Assembly (NCBI GenBank): GCA_964465205.1 | Contig: CAYXJO010000003.1 | Coordinates: 14,693 to 78,692, forward strand | Source: an uncultured Gammaproteobacteria bacterium | GTDB taxonomy: Bacteria > Patescibacteriota > Patescibacteriia > Magasanikbacterales > GWA2-37-8 | DNA: 64,000 nucleotides | Direction: 5' to 3' | Shown: one piece after another, positions 37,133-47,632 of the stretch | Layout of the letters: every line of letters starts with the position of its first letter | Position numbering within the stretch: the first letter of the stretch is position 1 | The notes under the pieces: generated by a model | The model's database searches: none | Seen by the model: the letters and a program-made list of their open reading frames with translations, nothing else | What the model was told of the DNA's origin: nothing | Position numbers and translations under genes: made by a program

Positions 37133-38650
37133 ATGGAAAGATTATCATTAAAACAAAAAATGATTTATACTGGTTTGGCGGGGTGGATGGTTGCTCTATG
37201 TTGGACTGTGGTTTGTTTCTGGACTACCCCAGCCAATAATTGTAGTATTTTTTCTCGTTTGAATTTGAGCCATCATCCAATATCGGTATTTTTTTTGCCG
37301 GTATTTTTTATTTTGTTGAGTTTTAGTTCTTATTACGCCTATGTTTTATTTGCCTCTGGTAAAACGAATGAATATAACGATAGCACGCTTGCAAAGAAAC
37401 TTGTTAACGTATTTCCGTTTTTAGTTATTGTTCTGGCTTTAATCATTCCAACGTTTAATAATTACGATTTTAGTTTTTATTTCAATTCCGGCAAGTTTAT
37501 GGCCACAAATAATCTGCATATTTATAACAGCAGTTGGCCAACTGTAAATTATTTCTTTTGTCCATTATTTGACGCCAATGTAGTATCGGGTTATATGTAT
37601 GGTCCGTTAATTGGCTTATTACTGTATGGTTTGTTCTTGACCGCCGGAGGAAAATTTTTATTTTTCTATATTATTTGGAAACTCCTGATGTTAGCTGGTT
37701 TGATTTTTTGTATTTTTTTAACAAAGCGAATCATCGAGATTGTTCACCCTGGTTATTTTACTGCAAAAAAAGATTCCTTATTATGGCTTTGGATTTCTCA
37801 GCCTCTAATTATGTGGGAATGGGTTGCTAGCGGACATTTTGAATCTGTTTGGTTGCCGTTTTTGCTCGCGGCGGTATTTTTTTCATTGCGTAGAAAGTGG
37901 TGGTTGGTATTTGTGTTTCTTACCATAGGCGCATGGTTAAAATTTTTACCGATCTTGATAGCACCATGGTTCGTTCTTTGGTGGTGGCAAGACACTAACA
38001 AAGCAAATTACAAGACAAATGTAATTCATGTGTTGATAGCGCTCGCTTGTTCGTTTTTAATAACAATCATGTCTTGGGCTCCGTTTTGGGAGGGGGTTTC
38101 AACGATCCATCCGATACAGATGCAGACGAAATGGGCAGTTAACAGTTTATTCTCTTCTACTTATTATTCAATACGACCATTATTCGATAAGATCTTTCTA
38201 ATCAACCCCCACTGGTACTTGACCAGACTGCTCCATTTTTCACTGCTTGTATTGGTGGTATATTTATTGTACCCATTAATTAAGAAAGCCTTGGCAGTTT
38301 TGATTCGTAAATCGTTTTTAAGTCCAACAGATTATATCAACGCCATTTTTATTACGTTCTTTGTTTATTTATCTGTTTGGCAAAAATCTTTTTGGCCATG
38401 GTATGTTTCGTGGCTGCTGCCTTTTGGTTTTATTTTGTTGACTGAGATTAGGTCGAAAGCATTCTTTCGTTTGTTGGTTTGGTTGAGCATATGCCCGTTA
38501 TATTTATATGTTGTTTGGATGGTGGGTGGTATTCCGTTTCCGTCAGAAAAGCTTTGGCTCCAATGGCTTTTGATGTTATTGAGTTGGCTGGTTCCATTTA
38601 TTTTTTTCTTGAAATGGAGAAAAGAGGGCTACAATCTTAATAATTTATAA
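37133..38650 (+). CDS. Polytopic GT-C-type glycosyltransferase (MptA/B or GT87-like)
   Basis: YMYGP, GHFES, WLKFLP, FWPWYVSW motifs; many TM helices. Confidence 0.7.
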   Translation: MERLSLKQKMIYTGLAGWMVALCWTVVCFWTTPANNCSIFSRLNLSHHPISVFFLPVFFILLSFSSYYAYVLFASGKTNEYNDSTLAKKLVNVFPFLVIVLALIIPTFNNYDFSFYFNSGKFMATNNLHIYNSSWPTVNYFFCPLFDANVVSGYMYGPLIGLLLYGLFLTAGGKFLFFYIIWKLLMLAGLIFCIFLTKRIIEIVHPGYFTAKKDSLLWLWISQPLIMWEWVASGHFESVWLPFLLAAVFFSLRRKWWLVFVFLTIGAWLKFLPILIAPWFVLWWWQDTNKANYKTNVIHVLIALACSFLITIMSWAPFWEGVSTIHPIQMQTKWAVNSLFSSTYYSIRPLFDKIFLINPHWYLTRLLHFSLLVLVVYLLYPLIKKALAVLIRKSFLSPTDYINAIFITFFVYLSVWQKSFWPWYVSWLLPFGFILLTEIRSKAFFRLLVWLSICPLYLYVVWMVGGIPFPSEKLWLQWLLMLLSWLVPFIFFLKWRKEGYNLNNL

Positions 38651-38655
38651 GTTTT

Positions 38656-39459
38656 ATGATAACTAGTGATGTTATCATTAATTTACGTAAGAGGTGTTTG
38701 TTTGTGATTAGACAAATTTATCGTTTGTTGATAATTTTTCCGTTTTTAATAGTTGTGCAAATAATTCACATATTGACTAATTATTTCTGTAAAAAAAATA
38801 CAACAGAGCCTTTAGTTGACAATTGTTTTGTGGTATCATCGGTGATTTTCCCCCACCCGCGCAGATTGACATATGCGTCTCGGCGCTCAGTTTTTACCCC
38901 CGATCAACGAATTGCACAAACGATTGAAACCGTACTCTCTATTAGGAAATATGCTTCAAGTGCCAAAATAATTTTAGTGGAGGGGGGTATGGTAGGGGAC
39001 TTGCCAAAAACTTTACTGTCTTTGGTTGATGAATACATCTATGTTGGCGGTAAATCGTTGGTGAGGTGGGCTTGTGATAGTTGGTTCAAGAGTTTAGGCG
39101 AGGCCATGATGCTATTGTCCGCTGCCAAACAGATTGAGAAAATCCGTGCCAAATTATATTTTAAAATTAGCGGACGTTATGTTTTGAATGAGCAATTCAA
39201 TCCATCTGATTATGTTATTGAAAAATTTAGTTTTCATTCCATTAGGTCAGATTTTTTTTCTACCAGGTTATATAGTTTTCCCGGTGAACTGTTTAGTATC
39301 TGGACAGTCGCCTTATTGAAAGGTTTGCCATATAATTTGATGGATTATCCAATTGAGCATACTTTGTACAAATTTATACCAAAAAAATTTATTAGTGCGG
39401 TAGCCACTTTGGGGATAGGTGGTTTAGACGCCACCGGAGGGTTAGGGGTGCGTGAATAA
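38656..39459 (+). CDS. Hypothetical protein, possibly glycosyltransferase-like
   Basis: QTIETVLSIRKY, IILVE, FKISGRY motifs; lies inside the glycan cluster. Confidence 0.55.
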   Translation: MITSDVIINLRKRCLFVIRQIYRLLIIFPFLIVVQIIHILTNYFCKKNTTEPLVDNCFVVSSVIFPHPRRLTYASRRSVFTPDQRIAQTIETVLSIRKYASSAKIILVEGGMVGDLPKTLLSLVDEYIYVGGKSLVRWACDSWFKSLGEAMMLLSAAKQIEKIRAKLYFKISGRYVLNEQFNPSDYVIEKFSFHSIRSDFFSTRLYSFPGELFSIWTVALLKGLPYNLMDYPIEHTLYKFIPKKFISAVATLGIGGLDATGGLGVRE

Positions 39460-39462
39460 CAT

Positions 39463-40758
39463 ATGTTTGATCATATCAAAAAAATATTATCCAAGAAGAC
39501 ATTGCATGAGTTTGGTTTTGTATATTTTGGAGCATTGATAAATGGTGTTTCTTTGTTTGCGCTTAATGCTATTTTGGCTCGTCATCTCACTACTGACTTA
39601 TTTGGTATTTTTACATTGGCAGTTTTGGTATTAAGCACCGTGGCGGAGTTGTCTGACTTTGGTCTAAATGCCGGGTTGTTGCGTTTTGTACCATTTTATT
39701 TAGCTACCGAACAGTTGGAAAAAATGAAACAATTGGTGAAAACGGTTTGGGTTTGGCGGGTTAGTTTGTCTTGGGCGCTATCGATATTTTGTCTGCTCGC
39801 ATCTTCGTTTTTGGCAAAATATGTTTTTGGGCGTGCTGTTATTGCACCATATATTGCGTTTGCTTCACTGGGAATTGGTGGAGTGATTCTATTGGGATTC
39901 GTGTCTACTTTTTTGCACGCCAAACAGGATTTTTTTCGTAGCGCCACCGCACAGACTCTCAAAGGAACACTGCGTTTAGTTATGGTCATCGCGCTGGTGT
40001 TGCTCAAAGTTGACAATCTATTTGCGTATTTGGCTGTGTATACTTTTGTGCCTTGGATTTTATTTTTTATTTATTATAAATTTTTACCAGAAAATTTTCG
40101 TAAAATCGAGATTGACATTGATTCAAAAAAACAATTACATACTCAACTGGCCCAATTTAGTACCTGGCTAACCATTTCATCGTTGTTGTCAATAGTTGCC
40201 AGCCGAGTTGATCAGGCCATGATTAGCAATTTGCTGGGCTTACAAGAAGTTGCAATATTTGTAGTTGCTTATCAATTGATACAATTTTATCCGTTAATAT
40301 ATAATTCTATCTCTTCGGTAATGATGCCCAAAGTGAGCGCGTTGCACAACAAAGTGGATTTGACCAATACTGTCTTTAAGTTGGCAAAGTGGGTATTATT
40401 GGTAGTATTATTATTGGCGATTGTAATATATCCTTCCCAATATATAATCATATTATTGTTTGGCACCAAATATGCCGCCGCAATGCCGGTATATTTAATT
40501 TTGGCTTATAGCTTGTTGCTAAATATCATATCTATTCCTTTCTCCCTTATTATTACAGTATTTAATAAAACTAATTTAGTGGCAATGTCTGGAGTTTTAC
40601 AAATTATTATTAATGTTGTTTTTAATTTCATATTGTTGCCGAGATTTGGTTTGATGGGCGCGGCCTACACCTTCGGCATAGGTTTGTTGGTCGGTCTGTT
40701 GTACAATGTTGTTTGCGCACTTTTTTTATTCAAGAAGCGCGATTTTAGGTTGGCATAA
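39463..40758 (+). CDS. Wzx-like oligosaccharide flippase
   Basis: About 12 TM helices, SDFGL, RVDQAMI, LLPRFGLMGAA. Confidence 0.9.
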   Translation: MFDHIKKILSKKTLHEFGFVYFGALINGVSLFALNAILARHLTTDLFGIFTLAVLVLSTVAELSDFGLNAGLLRFVPFYLATEQLEKMKQLVKTVWVWRVSLSWALSIFCLLASSFLAKYVFGRAVIAPYIAFASLGIGGVILLGFVSTFLHAKQDFFRSATAQTLKGTLRLVMVIALVLLKVDNLFAYLAVYTFVPWILFFIYYKFLPENFRKIEIDIDSKKQLHTQLAQFSTWLTISSLLSIVASRVDQAMISNLLGLQEVAIFVVAYQLIQFYPLIYNSISSVMMPKVSALHNKVDLTNTVFKLAKWVLLVVLLLAIVIYPSQYIIILLFGTKYAAAMPVYLILAYSLLLNIISIPFSLIITVFNKTNLVAMSGVLQIIINVVFNFILLPRFGLMGAAYTFGIGLLVGLLYNVVCALFLFKKRDFRLA

Positions 40759-40764
40759 ATTTAT

Positions 40765-41424
40765 ATGAATCATAATTATCAATTGGATATCAATCCTTTT
40801 ACTACACATACCATGTTGTTGGCAGAAGTGCCGAATGATGCAAATGTTTTGGAGATCGGCACGGCTTCCGGTTATCTTGGTAGATATCTAATTAAGAATA
40901 AGAGTTGTGTGGTGAGTGGGGTGGAGCCATTTGAGGGTGCGTACAATCACGCCGTGTCTTGTGGTTATCGAAAAATTGTTAATAAAAGCGCGGAACAGAC
41001 TATCGCCAACGATGATTTTGTTGGGGAAAAGTTCGATGTTATTTTGTTGGCCGATGTGCTGGAACATTTGGTGGATCCGACACAGGTTTTACGTGATTTA
41101 AAAAAATATCTTAAGCCCGACGGTCGCATTGTTATCTCTCTTCCTAACGTGGCGTATTTTGAGGTGCGTCTTAGTTTGTTGTTTGGCAGGTGGAATATGA
41201 CCGAAGCTGGTATACTTGATAAAACGCATTTGCATTTTTTTACCATGAATACCGCCAGAGATTTGATTGTGAATTCCGGATTGGTAGTAGAAAAGTGTCG
41301 CCCACTTTCCGGTACTTTTGAACGATTTGGATATAATAAACTATTTCGAATCGGCCAAAAATTATTATTTATGTTTCCGAAACTGTTTGCTTATCAGATT
41401 TTATTAGTAGCTCGTTTGGATTAA
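40765..41424 (+). CDS. Class I SAM methyltransferase
   Basis: LEIGTASG, ADVLEHLVDP, SLPN, GILDKTHLHFFT. Confidence 0.9.
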   Translation: MNHNYQLDINPFTTHTMLLAEVPNDANVLEIGTASGYLGRYLIKNKSCVVSGVEPFEGAYNHAVSCGYRKIVNKSAEQTIANDDFVGEKFDVILLADVLEHLVDPTQVLRDLKKYLKPDGRIVISLPNVAYFEVRLSLLFGRWNMTEAGILDKTHLHFFTMNTARDLIVNSGLVVEKCRPLSGTFERFGYNKLFRIGQKLLFMFPKLFAYQILLVARLD

Positions 41425-41431
41425 TCAAAAT

Positions 41432-42223
41432 ATGCCAACTATTACTGCCCATTGTTTGGTAAAAAATGAAGAAAATTTTGTTGGTTATGCCATTAGATCG
41501 GTGGTTGATTTTGTTGATAAAATTATTGTGTTTGATACCGGATCTACAGATAAGACGGTGAGAATAGTACAAGAATTAGCCGTTGAATATCCACACAAGA
41601 TTTTATTTGAAGAAAAGGGCGAGTGTGATAAACAACGCCATACTCAATTGCGCCAAGAGATGTTGGACAGAACCACTACCGATTGGTTTATGGTTTTAGA
41701 TGGCGATGAGGTATGGACGAAGCGGGGAATGGAGGAAGTAAGCGAAGTTATTGCAAATAATAATTCAATAGAATGTTTAGTGGCCCCTTTTTATTTGTGT
41801 GTAGGGGATATTTATCATAGATATTATAAAAGAAGTAACTTTCGAATACTTAACAGAGTTGGTTCTTTTTCTCCACGAATTATTCAAAAGACACAGGATA
41901 TTCATTGGAGTGGCGCGTATGGAAATGATACGTTATTATTTGGAGACGGATCTATTATTAACAACTTGGAGAATACATTGTTTTTAAAACATAAATACTG
42001 GCACCTAACCAATTTACCCAGATCGTCCTTTGACCACACAGACTTTAGTTCTAATGGTAATCGATCTGAAAAAAGAAGGATAACACACTTTTTAATTGGC
42101 AGAAAAATTAAAGACAAAATTCCCGAGGTTTTTGGTGATGATTTTTATCATTTAGGACATATTATGTCGGTAATAAATTTTTTAAAATTATTAATATCTA
42201 AGGTGCGGTTTTTGAATGTGTAA
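41432..42223 (+). CDS. Glycosyltransferase family 2
   Basis: VKNEE, DTGSTD, LDGDE. Confidence 0.9.
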   Translation: MPTITAHCLVKNEENFVGYAIRSVVDFVDKIIVFDTGSTDKTVRIVQELAVEYPHKILFEEKGECDKQRHTQLRQEMLDRTTTDWFMVLDGDEVWTKRGMEEVSEVIANNNSIECLVAPFYLCVGDIYHRYYKRSNFRILNRVGSFSPRIIQKTQDIHWSGAYGNDTLLFGDGSIINNLENTLFLKHKYWHLTNLPRSSFDHTDFSSNGNRSEKRRITHFLIGRKIKDKIPEVFGDDFYHLGHIMSVINFLKLLISKVRFLNV

Positions 42224-42236
42224 TATTGTTTGTTAT

Positions 42237-43226
42237 ATGAACATTTTAGTAACCGGTGGCGCCGGGTATATTGGCTCTCACTTTGTTAATAAGTTGAAAA
42301 AAACGGAAAACGTTAATATTTTTGTACTCGATAATTTTTCACAAGGTAAAAATAATATTATAATTAGTGATAATATTAAATATTTCGATGTTGATTTATT
42401 GGATAAACAGGCTGTAAGTAGAGTATGCCAAGAAAATCGTATTGACATTGTAGCCCACTTTGCCGCCTTGGCCAGTGTGCCAGATTCAATTCTCTCACCC
42501 AATGATTATTATTATAATAATGTTGTTGGAGGATTGAATTTACTTAGTGCAATGATTGAAAATAGAATTAACAAGATAATTTTTTCATCTTCAGCATCGG
42601 TTTATGGGGAGCCAACAACAGAAGATATCAAAGAAGATCATCCAAAATTTCCAACCAATCCGTATGGTTATACAAAACTTGTATTTGAAAATATCCTCAA
42701 AGACTACTATAGGGCATATAATATAAAGTCAGTCTCCTTTAGATATTTTTGCGCTTCTGGCTGTGATGAATCTGGCCTAGTTGGTGAGTTTCATAATCCA
42801 GAAACTCACATTATTCCGTCTTTGATTAAAAATATAATGGGAGATAGTAAAGAATTCTGTGTTTACGGGGATGACTATCCTACCAAAGACGGTAGTGGTG
42901 TTCGAGATTATATTCATGTAAACGATTTGGCTGAAGCACATATATTGGCCATGGACAAGTTGTTGAACGGTCGGGATATGTGTGAGTTTTATAATTTAGG
43001 GATCAATAAGGGTTTTTCTGTTTGGGAGTTAGTTGAAACAGTTGAAAAGATCTCTGGAATCAAAATCAATTGTAAAATAAAAGGGCGCAGATCAGGCGAT
43101 CCGTCGAGATTGGTTGCGGATGCTTCTAAAGCAAGTAGAGAGTTGGGTTGGAGGCCAAAATATGTTAATATAGAAAACATAATCAAGACAGCTTATGATT
43201 TTTTTATTATTAATAAAAAAAGATGA
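42237..43226 (+). CDS. galE: UDP-glucose 4-epimerase-like extended SDR
   Basis: TGGAGYIGSH, YGYTK, GEFHNPETH, DGSGVRDYIHV. Confidence 0.9.
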   Translation: MNILVTGGAGYIGSHFVNKLKKTENVNIFVLDNFSQGKNNIIISDNIKYFDVDLLDKQAVSRVCQENRIDIVAHFAALASVPDSILSPNDYYYNNVVGGLNLLSAMIENRINKIIFSSSASVYGEPTTEDIKEDHPKFPTNPYGYTKLVFENILKDYYRAYNIKSVSFRYFCASGCDESGLVGEFHNPETHIIPSLIKNIMGDSKEFCVYGDDYPTKDGSGVRDYIHVNDLAEAHILAMDKLLNGRDMCEFYNLGINKGFSVWELVETVEKISGIKINCKIKGRRSGDPSRLVADASKASRELGWRPKYVNIENIIKTAYDFFIINKKR

Positions 43227-43966
43227 AAGCTTTAATTTTGGCAGCTGGTTTAGGTACCAGATTGCGTCCCGTAACCAATACTATTCCAAAACCATTAGTA
43301 CCTATCGCCGGTAGGCCGCTGTTATGGTTTCACCTAGAATCTTTGCGCCATTACGGTATTGTTGAAGTTCTAATCAACACCCATTATTTGTCAGAAGAAA
43401 TAAACGGATTCATTTCTAGTTATAATAGCAAACAGTCAGACATGAGAGTGGTAGCTGTTTATGAAGAAAATTTATTAGGGAGTGCTGGAACATTGAAAAA
43501 AAATATAGATTTTTTTCAAAATGAAAAAAATTTTTTTGTTGTGTATGGTGATAATTTAACCAATATAAACTATGATAAATTAGCGCAAGAGCATGTCCGT
43601 AATTGTGGCGTAGCAACAATAGCCTCGTATTATGAAGCGCATCCGGAATCAAAGGGAATTGTAGTGTGCGATGGTCATAAACAGATTGTCCGTTTTATTG
43701 AAAAACCAAAAAGCGTAGAAGTTGTTAGCCACCAGGCCAATGCTGGTGTGTACGTGTTGAATGCAAAAATTTTTGATTATCTGTCTCATCTTGAATCGGG
43801 TATAATAGATTTTGGGAAAGATTTGTTTCCCTTAATTTTGCAACAAGGTGGCAAGCTGTACACCTATGAGATGGATGAATTTTTGTTGGATGTAGGCACT
43901 TTAGAGAATTATAATTTAGCGCAAGAAAAAATTCAAGAAATTAAATTTAATTTTATATATGAGTAA
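43223..43966 (+). CDS. Sugar-1-phosphate nucleotidyltransferase (candidate HddC heptose-1-P guanylyltransferase)
   Basis: LAAGLGTRLRP..PKPL, GSAG, YGD, FIEKP; near hddA/gmhA/gmhB. Confidence 0.85.
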   Translation: MKALILAAGLGTRLRPVTNTIPKPLVPIAGRPLLWFHLESLRHYGIVEVLINTHYLSEEINGFISSYNSKQSDMRVVAVYEENLLGSAGTLKKNIDFFQNEKNFFVVYGDNLTNINYDKLAQEHVRNCGVATIASYYEAHPESKGIVVCDGHKQIVRFIEKPKSVEVVSHQANAGVYVLNAKIFDYLSHLESGIIDFGKDLFPLILQQGGKLYTYEMDEFLLDVGTLENYNLAQEKIQEIKFNFIYE

Positions 43967-44654
43967 TTTACTTCAAGAGGCACACGAGACTCACTGGAGG
44001 GATAAGCAAGCAGACAATCATGATAATTTTTTTAGGAATTTATTGGTAAAAGAAATAATTACAAAAGCACCCAGAAATGCTAAGATTTTAGATTTGGCTT
44101 GTGGCAACGGTGATATTACGGAGTATTTGACAAAATTCGGTTTTACCAACGTTTGTTCGGTGGATTTTTCTTTAGAAGGAACGGAAATGACTAAAAGTCG
44201 AGGTGGTAAAAATGTGCTGCTTGCGGATATTTGTGAAAAATTACCATACACAGACGCAAGTTTTGATTATGTGTTTTGGCTTGATAATATTGAGCATCTG
44301 TATTCTCCGCAAAGTGCTATGGATAATATTAAGCGTATTATTAAAAAAGACGGCCAACTGGTATTGTCGTTGCCAAATATGGGGTATTGGTTTTATAGAT
44401 TGTACTATCTAAAGAACGGGATTGTTGTTGGTACAGACGGTGTATTGCCTGATGGTCATATTAATATGCCGTGGGAATTTCAGCATATACGATTTTTTAA
44501 TGAAAAGATGATTAGAAAATTTTTAAGTATTAATGGCTTTAAAAAAATCGAAATTAAGCCATATCATAATGGAAGTAAAATAAAAAATTTTATTAGCAAT
44601 ATTTACCCAAGATTATTGGCAGATGGTTTTTTGATATCTGCTAATCAAACATAA
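43959..44654 (+). CDS. Class I SAM methyltransferase
   Basis: LDLACGNG, IEHL, SLPN, HIRFF. Confidence 0.88.
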   Translation: MSNLLQEAHETHWRDKQADNHDNFFRNLLVKEIITKAPRNAKILDLACGNGDITEYLTKFGFTNVCSVDFSLEGTEMTKSRGGKNVLLADICEKLPYTDASFDYVFWLDNIEHLYSPQSAMDNIKRIIKKDGQLVLSLPNMGYWFYRLYYLKNGIVVGTDGVLPDGHINMPWEFQHIRFFNEKMIRKFLSINGFKKIEIKPYHNGSKIKNFISNIYPRLLADGFLISANQT

Positions 44655-44673
44655 CCAGTTTTTTATAATATTT

Positions 44674-46020
44674 ATGCAATTAAAGGATACAATTAATATT
44701 CTTTCTATAACGACTGATTTGGGTATTGGCGGTACTGCCCGCCAAATAATTACTGTAGACAAGTATTTGAATAAAGATATTTTTAATCATTATATAGCGT
44801 CTGTTGGGTCTTCTGATAATGTCCGAAAAAAAGATTTGGATAGTTCGAAAGTATTTTGTGTGGAAAATATTGTTGAAATTAAAGATATAATAAGAAAATT
44901 TAATATCGACGTTGTATATTGTCACCGTCATGGTAGGAACGAAAGTATTTACGACAAGATTGCTGAGCAATTTTCTCACAGTGTTGTGTTGGTAGAATTG
45001 AATACCTTTAGTGTAAAAGATAATGGGATTTTTGGTCGCAGGATAGACAAGCAAATTTTTGTGAGCAAAACTAATGTCGTTAAATTTTGCAAACAAAATA
45101 ATCTACAGTTTGATTGCAATCGCCACAAAGTAGTTCATGCGTTAGTCGATTGTAATAATTTTTTAAATAACCAACCAACCAGTCGGGAGATATATGATTA
45201 CAAAAACAAGTTGGACTTAAATGGTTTTTTTGTGGTGGGCAGGATAGCACGTCCAGTCATGGACAAATGGGATGACAAAACAGTTATATTTTGGAAAAAA
45301 ATTTGTACAAAAAATCCTAGAGTAAAATTTGTGATTTACGGGGTGCCCGAAGAGCGCAAAAAGTATTTAATTAATTCTGGTATTCAAGATAATTTGATAA
45401 TTTGTAATCCCACCTCAAATGACAAACAGTTGTCGTTGTTTTATAGTAGTATCGATGCCTTGATTCAATTTAGTCCAATAGGTGAATGTAGCTGTGCTAC
45501 TATTGCAGAAGCAATGCTTTTTAAAAAGCCAATTATAGTTACCTCCACACCGTTTCCGCATTTTGTGGGAAAGAGAGTTCACACCAAAGATAATGGACAG
45601 ATTGAGCAAATTGAGAATGGTGTGAATGGTTATGTAGTCAAAAGCGCGACTGCAGCCGCAAGTGCTATAAATTTTTTGGCAAATAATCCAACGAAATCAC
45701 GAGAGTTTGGGTTGCGCAATAATCAGGAAGTGTTAAATAAATATGACGCGTCAATTGGTATCAAGACTCTGGAAAGTATATTTATTGAAGGCGTAAAAGC
45801 AAAGAGGGGGGTGTTGAGTCAAAAAATAGAAGACTACTTTAACAATTTAATTATTTACCCAGATAAGACAATGATTGAAAATTGGTTCAAAGAGTATTAT
45901 GATAGGTTGAGTAATGTCTATGGCCAGAATTATCATGACAATATTTTGGATTGGGGATTTTATACAAAAAATTCGTTGATAAGAAAATTTAAAACATTTT
46001 TAAAGTTTTTTAATTTATGA
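44674..46020 (+). CDS. GT-B (family 4-like) glycosyltransferase
   Basis: GIGGTAR, ECSCATIAEAM (EX7E), EQIENGVNGY. Confidence 0.8.
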   Translation: MQLKDTINILSITTDLGIGGTARQIITVDKYLNKDIFNHYIASVGSSDNVRKKDLDSSKVFCVENIVEIKDIIRKFNIDVVYCHRHGRNESIYDKIAEQFSHSVVLVELNTFSVKDNGIFGRRIDKQIFVSKTNVVKFCKQNNLQFDCNRHKVVHALVDCNNFLNNQPTSREIYDYKNKLDLNGFFVVGRIARPVMDKWDDKTVIFWKKICTKNPRVKFVIYGVPEERKKYLINSGIQDNLIICNPTSNDKQLSLFYSSIDALIQFSPIGECSCATIAEAMLFKKPIIVTSTPFPHFVGKRVHTKDNGQIEQIENGVNGYVVKSATAAASAINFLANNPTKSREFGLRNNQEVLNKYDASIGIKTLESIFIEGVKAKRGVLSQKIEDYFNNLIIYPDKTMIENWFKEYYDRLSNVYGQNYHDNILDWGFYTKNSLIRKFKTFLKFFNL

Positions 46021-47024
46021 TTATAGTAAGGGCACCATTACGAGTTAGTTTTGTTGGTGGGGGAACTGATTTGGCGGATTTTTACACAAGATATCCCGGC
46101 CGAGTCATTTCAACCACTATTGATAAATATATTTATTTAGTGATAAATCCAGCTTATCGCATGAATGATTATATTTTAAAATATCAAATAACTGAAAAAG
46201 TTGCGAATCCGCGCGATATTGTCCACAATCGTTTCAGAGCAGCCCTATTAGAATTTGGGATGACAGAAAAGGGTGTGGAAATAGGCACTTTTGCCGATGT
46301 GCCTGCAAAAACTGGTTTGGGCTCATCTTCAAGTTTTACAGTCGCGCTCATTAAGGGCCTAAACGCATATTTTGGTCGAACAATTAGTAGTATTCAGGCT
46401 GCCGAAGAAGCTTGTAGGTTGGAGATAGAAGTGCTGCAAGAACCAATTGGAAAGCAAGATCAGTATGCGGCAGCATTTGGTGGTTTTAATATTTTTCAGT
46501 TCAATTCTGATGGCACTGTGGACAGAGAACCGGTTTTAGTAGATTATAGGGTGAAAGCTAATTTTGAGGACCACTTACTACTTTTTTTTACCGGCATAAC
46601 CAGAAATGCATCTGATGTTTTAACTGATCAGAGGTCAAAAATTGAAAAAAATTTTAATACATATAAACAAATGTCCGACTCGGTTTATGAATTTAGGGAT
46701 AAATTATTGTCAGGTGATATTCGTGGGCTGGCCGACATGTTACATGAAGCCTGGCTTAGAAAAAAAAGTTTAAGTAATAACATATCAAATTCGTCGATTG
46801 ATTTGCTTTATGAGTCAGGTATAAAAGCGGGGGCATGGGGTGGAAAAATTCTTGGTGCTGGCGGAGGAGGGTGTGTTTTATTTATTGCTCCACCAGAGAA
46901 GCACGGTATAATTAGAGATGAAATAAAAAAAGTTGCCCAAGCCAATCAATTGAATGATTCTAAAATGATCCCAATATCATTTACTCAGTCTGGAGCAAAT
47001 ATAATTTTTAACTCTAGCCGTTAA
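46017..47024 (+). CDS. hddA: D-glycero-alpha-D-manno-heptose-7-phosphate kinase (GHMP)
   Basis: APLRVSFVGGGTD, GLGSSSS, GKQDQYAAAFGG, GGKILGAGGGG. Confidence 0.9.
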   Translation: MIIVRAPLRVSFVGGGTDLADFYTRYPGRVISTTIDKYIYLVINPAYRMNDYILKYQITEKVANPRDIVHNRFRAALLEFGMTEKGVEIGTFADVPAKTGLGSSSSFTVALIKGLNAYFGRTISSIQAAEEACRLEIEVLQEPIGKQDQYAAAFGGFNIFQFNSDGTVDREPVLVDYRVKANFEDHLLLFFTGITRNASDVLTDQRSKIEKNFNTYKQMSDSVYEFRDKLLSGDIRGLADMLHEAWLRKKSLSNNISNSSIDLLYESGIKAGAWGGKILGAGGGGCVLFIAPPEKHGIIRDEIKKVAQANQLNDSKMIPISFTQSGANIIFNSSR

Positions 47025-47026
47025 TT

Positions 47027-47632
47027 ATGGAAAATTATATAAAAAAATACATTAATGATTCAACTAAAGCTCTTAACTCCGTGTCGTCTAAGGAAATCGC
47101 CAAAGCCATTAATATTATTGAAGCAGTCTTTGAACGTGATGGTAGAATTTATATTTTTGGTAATGGCGGTTCTTTGGCTTTGGCTACACATTGGGTAAGT
47201 GATTTTAATAAGACTGTTTTTAGTCATAATCTAGATTTACATCAAAGAAGATTTCAGGCGATTAGGTTGCCGTCGACCGAGGAAGAGTTGTCGGCTTGGG
47301 CCAATGATATAGGTTATGATATGGTATTTGCTGGCCCCTTGCAGAATTATTTGCAAGAAACTGATTGTATTATCGCTATCAGCAGTTCCGGAAATTCAGC
47401 TAACATAATAAAGGCTGTAGAATTGGCAAAATCACGACATATACAAGTTATTGGCCTTTCTGGTTTTGATGGAGGTAGATTAAATGAGTTATCTGACGCT
47501 AAAATTTTGATTCCCACAGAGAAGGGGAAGTATGGTTTAGTGGAGGGCGCGCACGCTGTCATACTGCACTTAATTACTGTATATTTTCAGGACTATTTTG
47601 ATCACACTTTAAGAAAGTCGCATGGTCAATAA
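47027..47632 (+). CDS. gmhA: Phosphoheptose isomerase (SIS domain)
   Basis: GNGGS, ANDIGY, SSSGNSANI, VEGAH. Confidence 0.85.
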   Translation: MENYIKKYINDSTKALNSVSSKEIAKAINIIEAVFERDGRIYIFGNGGSLALATHWVSDFNKTVFSHNLDLHQRRFQAIRLPSTEEELSAWANDIGYDMVFAGPLQNYLQETDCIIAISSSGNSANIIKAVELAKSRHIQVIGLSGFDGGRLNELSDAKILIPTEKGKYGLVEGAHAVILHLITVYFQDYFDHTLRKSHGQ

